This document shows positions 12,880 through 26,244 of a DNA stretch of 64,000 bases, piece after piece. The notes under the pieces were generated by a model. That model was given only the letters and a program-made list of their open reading frames with translations. It was not told the DNA's origin and made no database searches. The stretch covers positions 15,934,001 through 15,998,000 of the forward strand of contig OZ231126.1 in the NCBI GenBank assembly GCA_965153355.1. The letters are read 5' to 3'. Each line of letters starts with the position of its first letter. Positions within the stretch are counted from its first letter, which is position 1. The position numbers and the translations under genes are program-made. Origin of the DNA: Flaccisagitta enflata. Taxonomy: Eukaryota.

Positions 12880-13208
12880 CAGTCAGTGGACAAAACACTA
12901 TAGGTATATATATCATACCGTTGGCTCTGATTCAAAATACTGCTTATAAACAAAATACTGCTTATAAACAAAATATTATATGCAACAACCAGTTGCTCAA
13001 ATTATAGCCGGCTGTAACAAACATAATGTTGTACGCAACAATTGGTTGTAAGAACTGCAGCCGGCTGTAATGCTCCAATTTTGTAATATTACAGCCGGGT
13101 GTAATTTCGACAGCTAGTTGTTGCATACAACATTTTGTTTATTATCAGTATGTTGTTTCAAAGTCAACTGTATGATATATATACCTATGGTGTTATGTCC
13201 ACTAACTG
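12880..13208. mobile_element. Palindromic Tc1/mariner-like MITE downstream of the kringle-membrane gene
   Basis: CAGTCAGTGGACA...TGTCCACTAACTG|TA with inverted arms over ~140 bp (mirrored ORFs 12813..13007+ and 13114..13410-). Confidence 0.8.
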
Positions 13209-13354
13209 TACATAAAGCCTCGTCAGATGCACTTGCACGCAAGCTGTGCAGATAAAAGAGGTCAATCTCTTTCATCTCGTCAAAATGAAAAAAAAAGAAG
13301 AAATGGAATGGCACCGACGTTTGGAAAAGAAATAGAAGAATCGACTGTGCGGTT

Positions 13355-16300
13355 TTAATACAGAACATCATTTTGTCTGTACGACTCGGCGTATTCTCCT
13401 GCCGATCCATACAAAAGTTTGTTGATCGTTCTTGCCGCCTCGTAGGAATCGGACGACCTCGTGGCCGATTCGTATACCGATGAAGTCGCGAGGCTGTCCA
13501 TCTGCCTCTTATCTTTATTCATTCGGCGCCATTGTACCATCGTCGTTACGGCTTTGGCTATGGTCGTTATGACGATGATGACCAGGAAGGCCGCGGTGAA
13601 TATCATCGCAGCGGAATGCTCTTTCCAGCTTCTGACCATGATGCCCACGAAGCAAATGAAGAGAATAACCTTATAAATGAGATCCACTATGTTACAGTAA
13701 TCAGTACTTTGAAGACCGAATGTTTAAAGCATTGCATTATCCTATATCAAATTCTCAATGCACTTACCTGAGGTGTGAATACATAGCGCATGGCATTGCC
13801 CATCACGATCAGATCAAAAATGACCCAGAGAATGTAGAAATTGAGCAGGATGCTCAACGCGATGACAGCGCCAATTTCGTCATCGAGGACATCTTTCAGC
13901 CTCAGAATGATCGTCATATGGCTCATAGAAAAGAATGTGAGGGTGGTAACCAAAGCAACGAGTCCATTCTGAAATGACGGAAGAAAGAATGAGGTTATTT
14001 TCATGTTTTAGTTGAGAAAATATGCTCGGTTGCTTCGTTGGTCAATGGTCATCACGCGCACATTCAATGTCACTTGTAATATGCGAAAATTCTGTGCTTA
14101 CCTCCAGAAAGCAATGATATGGAACATTTTGCCTGAGTTTTCTATCTTCGATACTCTCGTCTTTGGTCTTTCTGTAATGCCACACTTTGCAAAGGGCGAC
14201 GATAAACGAAGCAAATGCGGCAAACAGTATCATGGCGAACGAGACTTGCTCATACTCTCTATCCCAAAGAAACATCCAGGATATCCATAGGACCAAGGCC
14301 AAAATGAGGGTGAGAGCCAGTTGCCACTGCAAAATATCGGGATGGTAATATCGAAATTCCTTCCACGCCACGACGCTGCGACAACAGGCGACAGAAAATG
14401 TAAACCCAATCCCCAGGAGCAACCAGAGATAAGTAATGGTCCAGATGGAAACCACGGCCCATGGTGCCGGATAAAAAAGTGTCGATTTATCTGACAGCAA
14501 AACGTCAGAGGCTCGATAGAACATGGCACCGGGACCGCATTCATTTTTCGATTCGCTGCAATATTCCCATCGCTTGGCGGTGGTGGTGAAGCACCATGGC
14601 CGATCCCGGATTCCAACTTTTTTAGACCTCGGGTTTCGACAGTAGTTTTTTGCAGCCTCTGTCGATCCATCCCTGATAAGACAAATATGGTTGAACTAGT
14701 TGTTGGAAATGGCATGAAAGGTATTTCGTATGATGCTCATTCTCTTAAGTTATCTTTATCATTTGCAAAGTTGCAAAGCAGGTTTGTGGACGTCAAGGAG
14801 TAAAGGTCAATGGATTTAAAAAACAGATTAAGAGCCGTGTGTATTGGCCAACGCAGTGCGCTTGTCCTGAGCCCCTTGTGCTGATAATATGCAGTATGAT
14901 GGCAAGGATTAAAAAGCATTTGATTTTGACAATGATATAGAGCAAGGCCGCATACACGGCCAATTTCGACGGCATGCGTTTTGGCAGATGCAGAAATGCC
15001 CAAAAAGATTCTTACACTTGAACATGACGGACGGACGAACATTTCCTCCTTTATGGAGGAAGAGGCAGTTAATGTAGCCTGTTGCAGTGATGGTAAAGGT
15101 AAACTCAAGCTTAACAAAACAATTGAGGTTTGATGAAGATACTGGCAATAGCCAATCAAACATTTGTGATTATAAGGATCACAGGTTTCCTTTGTGGGGG
15201 CAATTCAAGATCAGAAAATTACAAAGACTTATCACAAGACGCAACCACATGCGAAACGCGTCCAAAACGGAGAAATGAGTTGTAGCTTCGTAGATAAAAA
15301 AGAAACATGCCATACGAACCCGAATCTTATTTTGTTGAAAAGAAAGGGAGGAAGAGTTAAAACTTTATTTGCTACAGTTTTTGAATCTTCTTTATGAATG
15401 AAGAACTGGTTCGGAAGCAATTATCTTACCTAAATGAGACATCTTCGCCAAAATACTCATGTTTGTGGGGCACTTGTTTTACCCATTCCTGAGTTAGAAA
15501 GATCGAATTTGATATTTTGATAATGCAATTTAGCCTCAGGCCTTTAACGATATGTACTGAAGAATGAGTCTGCCACCTTTTTAACTTTACCGTAGATGTT
15601 GTCTACACTTGAAAATCCGAGATAAGTCAAAGCTTGGAGATATATGAAAAATATATATGAAAAAATATATATTAATTTATAAGATTTATTGATTTAAATA
15701 TTTGAATAATGTAAAATAATCATAAAGAATTGAATAAAATGATAGCAAAGATTTTTTCTTGTCTGAATAACTCCAATTGCAAAACTAGCTTTAGATTTAT
15801 ACTTGTGATCCGTGACCCTTACTGAGACCATTGCAAAAGCTTTTAAAGGGGCAGTGCCTTGAAAAATTTGAATTTGAATTTGAATTAAAAAAAAATTTGA
15901 ATTTGAATTAAAAAAAAAAATTTTAAGTAAAAAAAACTAAAATGAAAGATTTATTTCTCGTTGGCGTTTTGTTTTGTCTTTCCGATTTTTTGCATTGTCA
16001 ATGACAACTATCAATAGTTCTTTTAATAATAAATAGAATATTGTTTTGGTGGAGAAATGGGTCTTAAGTGCACCAATTTTAATGATCTCCATTGTCTGGC
16101 TTCAGTTCATAACTGATAAGTTCTACTAAATAAAACCAAAATTTTGATTCAATAGCCTACCATATTTTTTGTCCAAAAGCATTGCATACTCAGTTTTATT
16201 TCATATTTAGAATTGGTATCTTAGTTCTGAGTTCCCCCTATATTTCCAAGTCTAGTCGGCATCTACTGTATGTATCGTGGCTTATCGTACCTGACATGGC

Positions 16301-16557
16301 AGCCCTGTCCTGGTAATCGTCTGATAACCTCCATAGTCTTCACCATTAGTAGCTACATAGCAATCAGTGAAAGCGTTAAGGATGTTTTCGCGTCCGAATT
16401 TGGAGGAAAGCAAATGTAGCATTGCGGTTGTTCCCAAAACTAAAATGGTCAAGGCGTACAAGATGCAGTGTAAAATTTTGCTTCTTGAACCACATGCGCA
16501 GCAGTTTTTCGATTTGGTTTTGAAATCATCGTTGGATACTCCTTGCTGGTGCCACAT
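13355..16557 (-). CDS. ~470-aa multi-pass membrane protein (TspO-like uncharacterised animal family) with an inserted kringle domain
   Basis: Exons 16557-16291, 15488-15430, 14672-14102, 13968-13768 and 13669-13355, all GT-AG and phase-consistent (0,2,0,0). Spliced protein: TM1, then DCYVATNGEDYGGYQTITRTGLPCQ|EWVKQVPHKHEYFGEDVSFR|DGSTEAAKNYCRNPRSKKVGIRDRPWCFTTTAKRWEYCSESKNEC (6-Cys kringle), then FYPAPWAVVSIWTITYLW..WMFLWDRE..FLE|NGLVALVTT..RYVFTPQ|VILFICFVG, with about 7 further hydrophobic segments. Confidence 0.85.
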
Positions 16558-18371
16558 GTTGTCGAGTTGCTTGAGCTAGTTTACTTGTTTATTGGTCGAT
16601 TTGACGATTTGTGATATTGGTTTATTGGTTTTTCTGTCTGCAATGTGTGTCATGCAAATTGATTGATGAAGCGGTTGAAAAAAATCCTATATTTTTTCTT
16701 CGCTAAATGGCCATTATAAAGTGCCTACAAATTTTGTTTTTAATTGGAGCAAAAAGTTTTATCCGCTTCAGGTAGTATCGAAGTATCCATTTCTAGTTTT
16801 GGTGGAGTGGAATTGGGATAAGTGGGAGTCAAGGCTTTTTATGAAAAAAAAAACGTTTTAGCGGATTTCTTTCGCTTTTGTAATTCATCGATAGGAAAGG
16901 GCGTCTTCAAGTAAGATAGTCCGAATTCCTGCCTAGGTAGATTTACTTTGGAATAGGTAATGATAGGGATTCTAAACGATGACAATTTTTTGGTTCTTTT
17001 GCATAATTTAAGGCGTTGAAAGTTGTGTTGATGTTGTGAGGAATGATCATGAAAGTGTTCGAATAATATAGATCATATTGTCATGGATGATGTAGAGCTT
17101 TACCCTCGTGAGAGTCACCGACGAATATGTGCTGGTGAGTTAATCGCTTGCGGGTTGTCATAAAGTTTTCCATCACCCATATATATGCATATTTCGTCTG
17201 TGAAAAACTGGAAATCCGCTGTATGGCAAAGATGGATTTGATTGCGTGCGCCTGGCTAATGAAGTTGAAAAAAAAACTGAGTCGCGGATTATTGCGAGCG
17301 TGATGATAAAAAAAGTGCCCACGGCATTCCTCTCTCTATTGAATTGTGTAGATAAAATAATTCTTTCTAGATGTCTTAGATCTGAATTCTGATGGTCGAC
17401 TGAGCCTGGAACAAAAATGAGAGCAGAAAAAGAAAAATGCAGTCACGGCTGAGCGAAACCGTATTTGCAGGGATTCGAATCCATTCTGTACTTTCCAGAG
17501 CAAATAGACGTGGAAGTTCATCTTAAACCTCACCTCTTTTCTATGCCTTTTCGTTTTCCTATCTTTGGTAGAAAAAAAAAAGAAAGACGCTGGTGAGAAA
17601 GGAAGTTATAGATGTAAAATGAGTGGTTTGCAAATTTTAAAGGCTAACTTTCTCAGTATTTATCACTTTCATTAAGAAATTTTTTACTTTTTCTCTGTGG
17701 GAGGCTTGTAAAGATAAGGGATGCATCGGAGAAAAACTATCGTAAATTCTTGGAAACGACAATAACAAAGAAGTGGTACCCAGTTACGAGGCTCAAATTT
17801 CATCAGTCATTAAAAATTCAGCTTCCCTAGCCTTGAGAAAAGTATAAATATTTGCGCAAATTAATGCTGAGATATTTTCTACATTCCTGTTCCAAAATAC
17901 AAGCTAGAAGAGAAAAGGATCTGACCTCAGAAATGAGGCTAAATTCAGCTAAAAACGTACGTCTGAAAAAGCGAGATGGAATACATGGGAACTGGCGTGT
18001 GATACTCCTAATATGTCTCACAAAGGTTCACTTATCTCAAAATTGACCAGTAATACTGAATTACTAATACCTCAAGATTTCATCCTCTTTTCAGATTCCA
18101 CTTCACCATCCGTCGCGTCGATGTGGTAATTCTAGTTTTCATCGTCTCACAATTATTCGCCCAGACATCCATCCATCCATGCAGTCCATCCATCCATCCA
18201 TCCATGCAGTCCTTCCATCCAGCCATCCGCCCCTCCTTCTAGCCATCTATGAGCCCTTCCATCCAGCCATCCGCCCATCCTGCCTCCTTTATACCCATGT
18301 GCCTAACGCGAATGTGATTCCACGGCAAAAACCTCTCCGCCTGCCGATTTTCACACAAAACACTCATTCAT

Positions 18372-18637
<266 letters not shown>

Positions 18638-19339
18638 TACAATATGAATATACATCTGTGACACTAAAAAGCCTTCGAGCTGACGTCATGGGGGTTACAT
18701 CCTCTGGGTGATCTTTCATGATCCGTTTTGCCTCTCAATCCCTCGGAAGAAAATCGAAAAATCCTTGGAAAAGGAGTGTAATCCTCATCGTCATCTCCCT
18801 TTTTCAACTCGGCCATTCTCGTTTACATCTTGCCTTTGACTCCACCTGCTAAGTCCTCAAGAGAACGGGAGAAAAAGAGAGAATAGTAATAGATAGAACA
18901 AAAGGAGAAAAAAAGAAAAAAGGGAAAAAAAGAAGTCGGCCTTGTAGGATTGATAAAAACGTTTTTTTCGAGAGAACTCTCATTAAAAAAAAAAAAAGAA
19001 AAACAAAGAACCAGAAAACACGGAAGAAATTGGCTTTGACGGTGCCTTTTTTTAGTAATCACACCTATTTTAGGCAGAGGCGTGAAACCCAAAAAACCGA
19101 ATCGCCTTTTTTAGACATTCGAACGTTTCCAAGGCCAGGAACAAACATTATATGCGCCAGTTAACTTCATTTCACGTCTATTTTTAGAGGATCACAAGTC
19201 CTGAAAACGCCGAAAAGTCATTTAAAGTTGAAGATCGTGCGCCTCGCTAATTACAATCGTCGATGACTTCTTACGACTTTCGTCATCGTCGTTTATCGTC
19301 CTCAGCGTCGTCATCGTCGTCTTCATCAGCGATATCCTT

Positions 19340-22249
19340 ATGGCGTTCTTTTGTCCGGCTCGCGCGCGCCATCACCCGAAAAAGGCCCGCGAGAACGGAG
19401 ATGGCGTGGAAGTCGCTTCCACCTCCGGAGGCGGCTTTGGTGGCGGACGCGGCGCCTTGACCCGCTCGTGGACTAAACGCAAAATCACCGGAAGTACAAG
19501 CATCGAGACGCTCGTGCTAGTGGGCTTGGAGTCATCGGCCACTTCCGAAGCCACGGGCGCTCAGGCTGGTGGCGGTGGTATGATTCCTGGTGGCGCCTAC
19601 GCGGACGCCATGCGGACCGTCACGCGCGCCCACGTGGGAGAAATGGAAGACGAAGTGAGCGTCAGCGTCGGACAAACGGTGGTCGTCATTTTTCGCGATG
19701 ACGATTGGCTGTTTGTCGTGACGGATAAAGGGACGGAGGGATTTATCCCTCGCGAGAATTGCGTTAGATCGAAGAAAATGCGCGGGAGCGGCGTAAGTGG
19801 CGGCGCCACGCGATCGGACGATAACGGAAATGATAACGCCGGTGCCGGCGTCATTTCCCCACCTGGAGATCAAAATGGAAATAAAAACAATAAAAGACTT
19901 CCCACGGCTAAAACCAAGGACAATGACGTAAACCAAAGACTGAAAGCCATTCAAGAAGATCTGAAAAAACATTCCAAATCTGAGTCTGCTACTGACATAA
20001 CAACGACGACTACAACAACAACCGCCGTTTTGCATGAGAGAACTTCCTCTTCCTCTTCCAGCGGTCAACGAACCGAACCGCGACTCAATGAGCGTGACCA
20101 TGACCACACCCAACATGCGACGGAAAAAGAAAATACTCGCGACAAGAATTCTTGTCAAACCAATTCTTCTTCATCATCCTGTGATAATTGTCAACATCCG
20201 TCGAATCCTTCCTTACCTAGTTCCCAGTTTGACACCGCCCCCTCTTCCAAGACCCACCCCAACCGGCCACAGCAAACAAATCCCAATCCTCGCGTCGATT
20301 CTCATGTCTTTCAAAATTCATCGGGAAAGATTGAATTGTCTGACACGCTCGCCAAACATATCGGTTCCAATACGAGGAAAAGTCCGAAGTTAAAACATCA
20401 ACAACAGCAGCAGTATCATCAACAACAACAACAGCAGCAACAACGAATGACAGATTCCGCAAAATTAAAGAATCGTAGACCATCGGGCGGCACTCGATCG
20501 CCATCTTTTGTCTCTCCACTACAACAGTGCATCAAAGAAGGCCGTTTAAAAGAACAAGACTCTCAAAGACTAACCACTTCCATGACATTAAATCGCCGAG
20601 CGGGCCACGACGATCCCTCCACTCCATCACGGCCGCAACACCACGCCAGTCATCAAGTTTTGTTTGATAGAGACGCCGATGGGGGACGCGGGCGAGGAGG
20701 CGCTTCCGCCGTCTTTCACACGCCGCAACATCGACCTACATCTACCGGTGGTAAACCCGACTCGCGAGTTGTGGGCGTGGTTCCGCCCCACGTCGCTCCC
20801 TCATCTTTGACAACCCCTCAAAATGCTCAACATCCACTTCAGTTACAGCGCGGCTCCGACGGCAGTTTCCGGCCGGCGCCTTTATCCCACGTTACCACCG
20901 ATTCTTCCAGCGGATGCCATGTTGACACCTCCTCCTCATCCATGCCATCGCCGCCTCAACTGGCGTCGACGACGCCGGATATGTGGGCCGGTGTTGGTGG
21001 CGTTGACAGTGGCACTGGCGCTGACTGCTCCGATTCTGAGGCAGCTTCTACATCATCGTCCTCTACGCGAGAAGTGCGTCAAACCTGGCGTCAGCGGAAG
21101 ATGGAAATTCGCAGCGGCGGAAAAGACGTGAGGGACGCCAGTTCTTTGGAAGATCGCACCGACGTGGAGACGCCCCACGTGGATCCTGGATGCATGACGT
21201 TGCCGGCTTCATTCCGAGGTGGAAAATCCGGTTCTTCCGCATTTTCTAAACCACCCATCAACAGCGATCAATTGGCCCGACGTCAACGCCCTCGGGAAGG
21301 CGATCCGAAGTTTAGTCAACAACATCAAACGCACAATATCCCTTCTTCCTCATCCACAAACATCCATAATCCCATCAGTTCACATCCTCAGGTCGTCGAT
21401 GATATTCAAAGAGCGACCAGAGAGTTGAAGGAAAAACTCGTTCTTTCTGAGACCAACGGCGACAAAAGGAAAACAAAAGTCATCCAGGAAAATATTCCTG
21501 TCGTGAGTGGGGGAGTCGGCGGTGGGGGTGGCAGGTCAGGCGTCAATGGAGTTGGGGTGGTTAGCGCTGGTGGTGGGAAACATGGGAAAAAGACCGTAGC
21601 CATGACTAGAAAATATTGGCTCATACCGGAAAACCTCAACATATCCGAGATTAAGATTTTTTCGCGCGTGCAGCATGGTGACGCGGATGCGCTGTGGGAC
21701 TTTTTCGCCGCGGAGGAGAACGACGTTAGTCTCGTCGCCGGCGAGTCAGTGACGGTTTTGAACGACGAGGATCCAGATTGGACTTGGGTATTGAAGAGAG
21801 ACGGAGACGAAGGTTTTGTGCCCGCCAATCATCTCGGCCCTAGACGTCAAACGCCTCAAGATGACGACGAAGACGAGGAGCATTACCTTCACCCGTCGCC
21901 GTCCAAAAGAACCCCTCCAGCTGGCAAAGTCAGCGTTATCGTCCATAGTCACGAAGGAGACGTACCGGCGATGGATATCGTTAAAGAGGACCCGACATCT
22001 CCTTCGGGAGTTCTCACGCGTCTCGACGACACGTTTCTTCACGATCACTTCGGCGTCGTCAGACTCATCGCCGAGTTTGACTTTCAGGATCCACGAGTGC
22101 CGGATTTCGTCGTCAATAAAGACGAATTTTTACTCGCCGATATGGTCGGCCAGAGCGACGAAGAATGGTTGTGGGTTACCGCTTGCTCCTCCGGCCAACA
22201 AGGATGGATTCCTAAAAATTTCGTCAAGCAGATTTCCTACGTCGATTGA
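19340..22249 (+). CDS. Dlish: Triple-SH3 adaptor, Dlish/Vamana (Dachs ligand with SH3s) orthologue, intronless, 969 aa
   Basis: N-terminus MAFFCP and the motif KITGSTSIETLVLVGLE resemble recalled Dlish MAFLCP../RITGSASIETLVRVGIE. Three SH3 domains: ..DDDWLFVVTDKGTEGFIP.., ..ENDVSLVAGESVTVLNDEDPDWTWVLKRDGDEGFVP.. and ..EEWLWVTACSSGQQGWIPKNFV. A long S/Q/T-rich linker separates SH3-1 from SH3-2. Confidence 0.85.
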   Translation: MAFFCPARARHHPKKARENGDGVEVASTSGGGFGGGRGALTRSWTKRKITGSTSIETLVLVGLESSATSEATGAQAGGGGMIPGGAYADAMRTVTRAHVGEMEDEVSVSVGQTVVVIFRDDDWLFVVTDKGTEGFIPRENCVRSKKMRGSGVSGGATRSDDNGNDNAGAGVISPPGDQNGNKNNKRLPTAKTKDNDVNQRLKAIQEDLKKHSKSESATDITTTTTTTTAVLHERTSSSSSSGQRTEPRLNERDHDHTQHATEKENTRDKNSCQTNSSSSSCDNCQHPSNPSLPSSQFDTAPSSKTHPNRPQQTNPNPRVDSHVFQNSSGKIELSDTLAKHIGSNTRKSPKLKHQQQQQYHQQQQQQQQRMTDSAKLKNRRPSGGTRSPSFVSPLQQCIKEGRLKEQDSQRLTTSMTLNRRAGHDDPSTPSRPQHHASHQVLFDRDADGGRGRGGASAVFHTPQHRPTSTGGKPDSRVVGVVPPHVAPSSLTTPQNAQHPLQLQRGSDGSFRPAPLSHVTTDSSSGCHVDTSSSSMPSPPQLASTTPDMWAGVGGVDSGTGADCSDSEAASTSSSSTREVRQTWRQRKMEIRSGGKDVRDASSLEDRTDVETPHVDPGCMTLPASFRGGKSGSSAFSKPPINSDQLARRQRPREGDPKFSQQHQTHNIPSSSSTNIHNPISSHPQVVDDIQRATRELKEKLVLSETNGDKRKTKVIQENIPVVSGGVGGGGGRSGVNGVGVVSAGGGKHGKKTVAMTRKYWLIPENLNISEIKIFSRVQHGDADALWDFFAAEENDVSLVAGESVTVLNDEDPDWTWVLKRDGDEGFVPANHLGPRRQTPQDDDEDEEHYLHPSPSKRTPPAGKVSVIVHSHEGDVPAMDIVKEDPTSPSGVLTRLDDTFLHDHFGVVRLIAEFDFQDPRVPDFVVNKDEFLLADMVGQSDEEWLWVTACSSGQQGWIPKNFVKQISYVD

Positions 22250-23494
22250 GATACGGATATACATGAGAGAGGCAGTGAGAGGTGAAGTCGAAAACGACCT
22301 TACCTAGTGTTTAATTACTTTTTGACAACTTGCTCAATATCATACAGTGATTCAATATCAAATTGATTATCTCCGTCATCAATTTTTTTTTCTTCATTCC
22401 GACTGTATTTTTCTACATTCTTCAACATTTTACATGATTGTGCCATTTTCAAAGCTCAACTAAGCAGAAAACAACCTAGCCTTTGAATGTGTGGCGACTG
22501 TGGCGTTTCTCCTTGACGCGGGTTTAGTGTTTATCCTGTTTGCGACAGAAAGTAGCACGGTGCAATATTTTGTGTCGGCCTCATGCGATTTTTTTTATCA
22601 CGACCATTACTCCCCGGAAGAATTACCCAGTTTTACTGTTTAGAAAATCTTTTTTTTTTCGCTTCAGAGATTTAGTAATGATCGCCATAAAATCAGAGAT
22701 TCATATATAGGCGAGGCTTTTTATTTCATGCTGGATTAATAAATGACAAATCTATTTTCGCCGGCTACCGTCAAGTTAGTAATGAAAAGTTCCTCACATT
22801 CCGTCCTATCATGCAAACAAGTACTTAACTGGCCTAAATGTTTCTCGAGTCGCTTTCCAAAACAAATTTCTGTGAACGGGGCACTTGTTATTTTCTGACA
22901 AACATTCCATCCAGTATTTTCATACCAAGGTTTTTTTGTGGCACGATTTTTTTTAATCCTCGGTTCTTCGTTCGTCTTGTTAAAACAAAAAAACATATAT
23001 CTAAATGAACTAATCGTCTGTTATAAATTTGTCGTCTTGAAATTCATATCAATATGCAAATGTGGTAGTTTTTTTTAGTTTGAACTTTATATATAAATCT
23101 TTTGTTATACAATTTCAGTTCATGTTGATATTCTAAAAACTCGTTTCCTGAAGCGAAGCGCAACAAGTCACGCGGTTCCGGATAAAACAAATTGAAACTC
23201 TCCTCAGTTTTCTCTTCTTGCGACTAACACAGTGGGCGAAAGGTCGAAAGAATCTCTCCGGGGAAAAAAGTAAGTCGACCTAACTCCCTCTCCCTGCTCT
23301 CTATATTTCTTTCTCTCATTCTCCCCGGTCCCCACTGATTTTTTTCTGTCTGTTTGCCTGCCTACCCGTCTCTGTCTGCCTTCTTTCTATCTGTATGCCT
23401 ATCTGCCACCTGTCTGCCTCTCTGTCTGTATATCTGATTGCCTGCGGCTGTGTCTCGTTTTATCTTGGAAAATGGTGTCTGGTTAACTGTCAGT

Positions 23495-23689
23495 CTCTGT
23501 GTGTCTCTCTGTGTTACTGTCTCTCTCTCTGTTACTGTCTCTCTCTCTCTCTGCCTGTCTCTCGATCTGCCTGCCTGTGTCTCTCTCTCTCTCGATCTGC
23601 CTGCCTGTGTCTCTCTCTCTCTATCTGCCTGCCTGTCTCTCTCTCTCTCTCGATCTGCCTGCCTGTCTCTCTCTCTCTATCTGCCTGTC

Positions 23690-23765
<76 letters not shown>

Positions 23766-23821
23766 TCTCTCTATCTATCTATCTGCCTGCCTGCCTGTCT
23801 CTCTCTCTCTCTGCCTGCCTG

Positions 23822-23865
<44 letters not shown>

Positions 23866-23914
23866 CCTGCCTGCCTGTCTCTCTCTCTCTCTCTCTATCT
23901 GCCTGCCTGCCTGC

Positions 23915-23945
<31 letters not shown>

Positions 23946-23985
23946 CCTGCCTGTCTCTCTCTCTATCTGCCTGCCTGCCTGCCTG

Positions 23986-24072
<87 letters not shown>

Positions 24073-24129
24073 GCCTGCCTGCCTCTCTCTCTTTATCTGC
24101 CTGCCTGCCTCTCTCTCTTTATCTGCCTG

Positions 24130-24218
<89 letters not shown>
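23495..24218. repeat. Compound (TC)n/(CTGC)n microsatellite
   Basis: Directly visible. Confidence 0.95.
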
Positions 24219-24221
<3 letters not shown>

Positions 24222-24793
24222 CTCGGCTAAAACTTCGAAAAGAAAAATTATTGAAGAAAAAAAAATATGACAAGATAGCTTTTATCCTCCCTCACTGACG
24301 TCGGCTTATCAAGTCAAACTGAAGCTGATCTTCCTGTGCAACAATTCTGTAGGCGAGGGCCAGTTGGACCGTTGGTGTTCTTCTTCAATCTGTCATCTGC
24401 CGTCATCATCTTCAATTTCGATTTCGTGGTAGGCCTACACCTAGGCCGTATGGCGTTCACCTTTCCCATTAAATCTGTGCGTTTAACCCCCTACCGCTGA
24501 TCAACCACCCCCAAATCTCAGCCAGCTTGCTTTGTGTTTGATATAACTCCTTATTCTCTCCTCGACTCTCTCTTTATAGCCGCCAATTGAGCGATGCCAT
24601 CTTGAGTATATATAGCTTTTTTGAGCAGTGAAGATTTTTTTGGCACAGGGTGATTGAATTCGTGGCTTTTCTCTGCTCCAAAAGCCGCCTCTCTCCGAGT
24701 CTTAGTAATAGATATTTCTCCTCGGCAGTCCGTCCTCCCTCTGTGTCTCTCTGTCATCATAGCTGTCTTTTTTTTTTCTTTTTGTCTTCGTTT

Positions 24794-25085
<292 letters not shown>

Positions 25086-25442
25086 CTCACTGTCGTGGTT
25101 CTTGCTATTTTTTTGTCATTCGTCGAATTTTTCCTCTCAAAAAAGAGGCGTTGAATTAAAAGCGGTCGATTGATTCCACACCTGATCTTTGGGCCAGGTG
25201 AGTTTGGAACAATTCAGCTAGTCCAAACTCGGCGACAAAAACACGACCACAACTCTCAAGGACCGATTATCGACCTTGTGTTAGAATTACATACAAAACA
25301 AGAGGGGGCATTAGTACCATTGCAGATGTAAATTTAATTTGTGCCATGAAAGAGTGACTTGACTTCACCAAACATAAAAAGAATTATATGTGTTAGAAGA
25401 GATTACCAATTTTTCAAAAGAAGTTGTTAAATGTATTTTTGT

Positions 25443-26190
25443 TGTCCCCGACGAACAGTTTTCGTCGGGTGACTATGAGGTAGCCTTGATCGTGTAAGTC
25501 TGTTCGTGGGTGGGTGAGTGAGTGGGTTTAAGACCTTCTCATATCTTTGGATCCAGACTTCAGATTTTTATGAAACTTTGCTGGTGTTGTTTATAGGTCA
25601 ATAGGAGCTTGTGTACCAATTTTCAAAAAAATTCATAAACTTTTACTACCCTTTGCCTATTATTTTTGTAGTAATATTTAGCTGGGACTTAAGTGGTTTA
25701 CATAGGTAGAGGGTAGTAAAAGTTTATGAATTTTTTTTTAATTTGGTATACAAGTAGAGGGTAGTAAATAAACAACCCCTGCAAAATTCGAATTAAATCT
25801 GAAGTCTGGTTTAGGAGATATTAGCTTATTTATGTAGTAATATATTACTAGGACTTAGGCAGTTTACATAGGCAAAGGGTAGTAAAAGTTTAGGAATTTT
25901 TTTCTAATTTGGTATACAAGTAAAGGGTAGTAAATAAACAACCCCTGCAAAATTCGAATTAAATCTGAAGCCTGGTTTATGAGATATTAGCTTATTTATG
26001 TAGTAATATGTTACTAGGACTTAAGCAGTTTTCATAGGCAAAGGGTAGTAAAAGTTTATGAATTTTTTTAAAACTTAGTAAACAGGTAAATAATGTCAAT
26101 TAAACAGCTCCTGCAAAATTCGATTTAAATCTGAAGTCTGGTTTATGAGATATAAACTTATTTATGTAGTAATATATTACTGTTGTGGGA

Positions 26191-26244
<54 letters not shown>

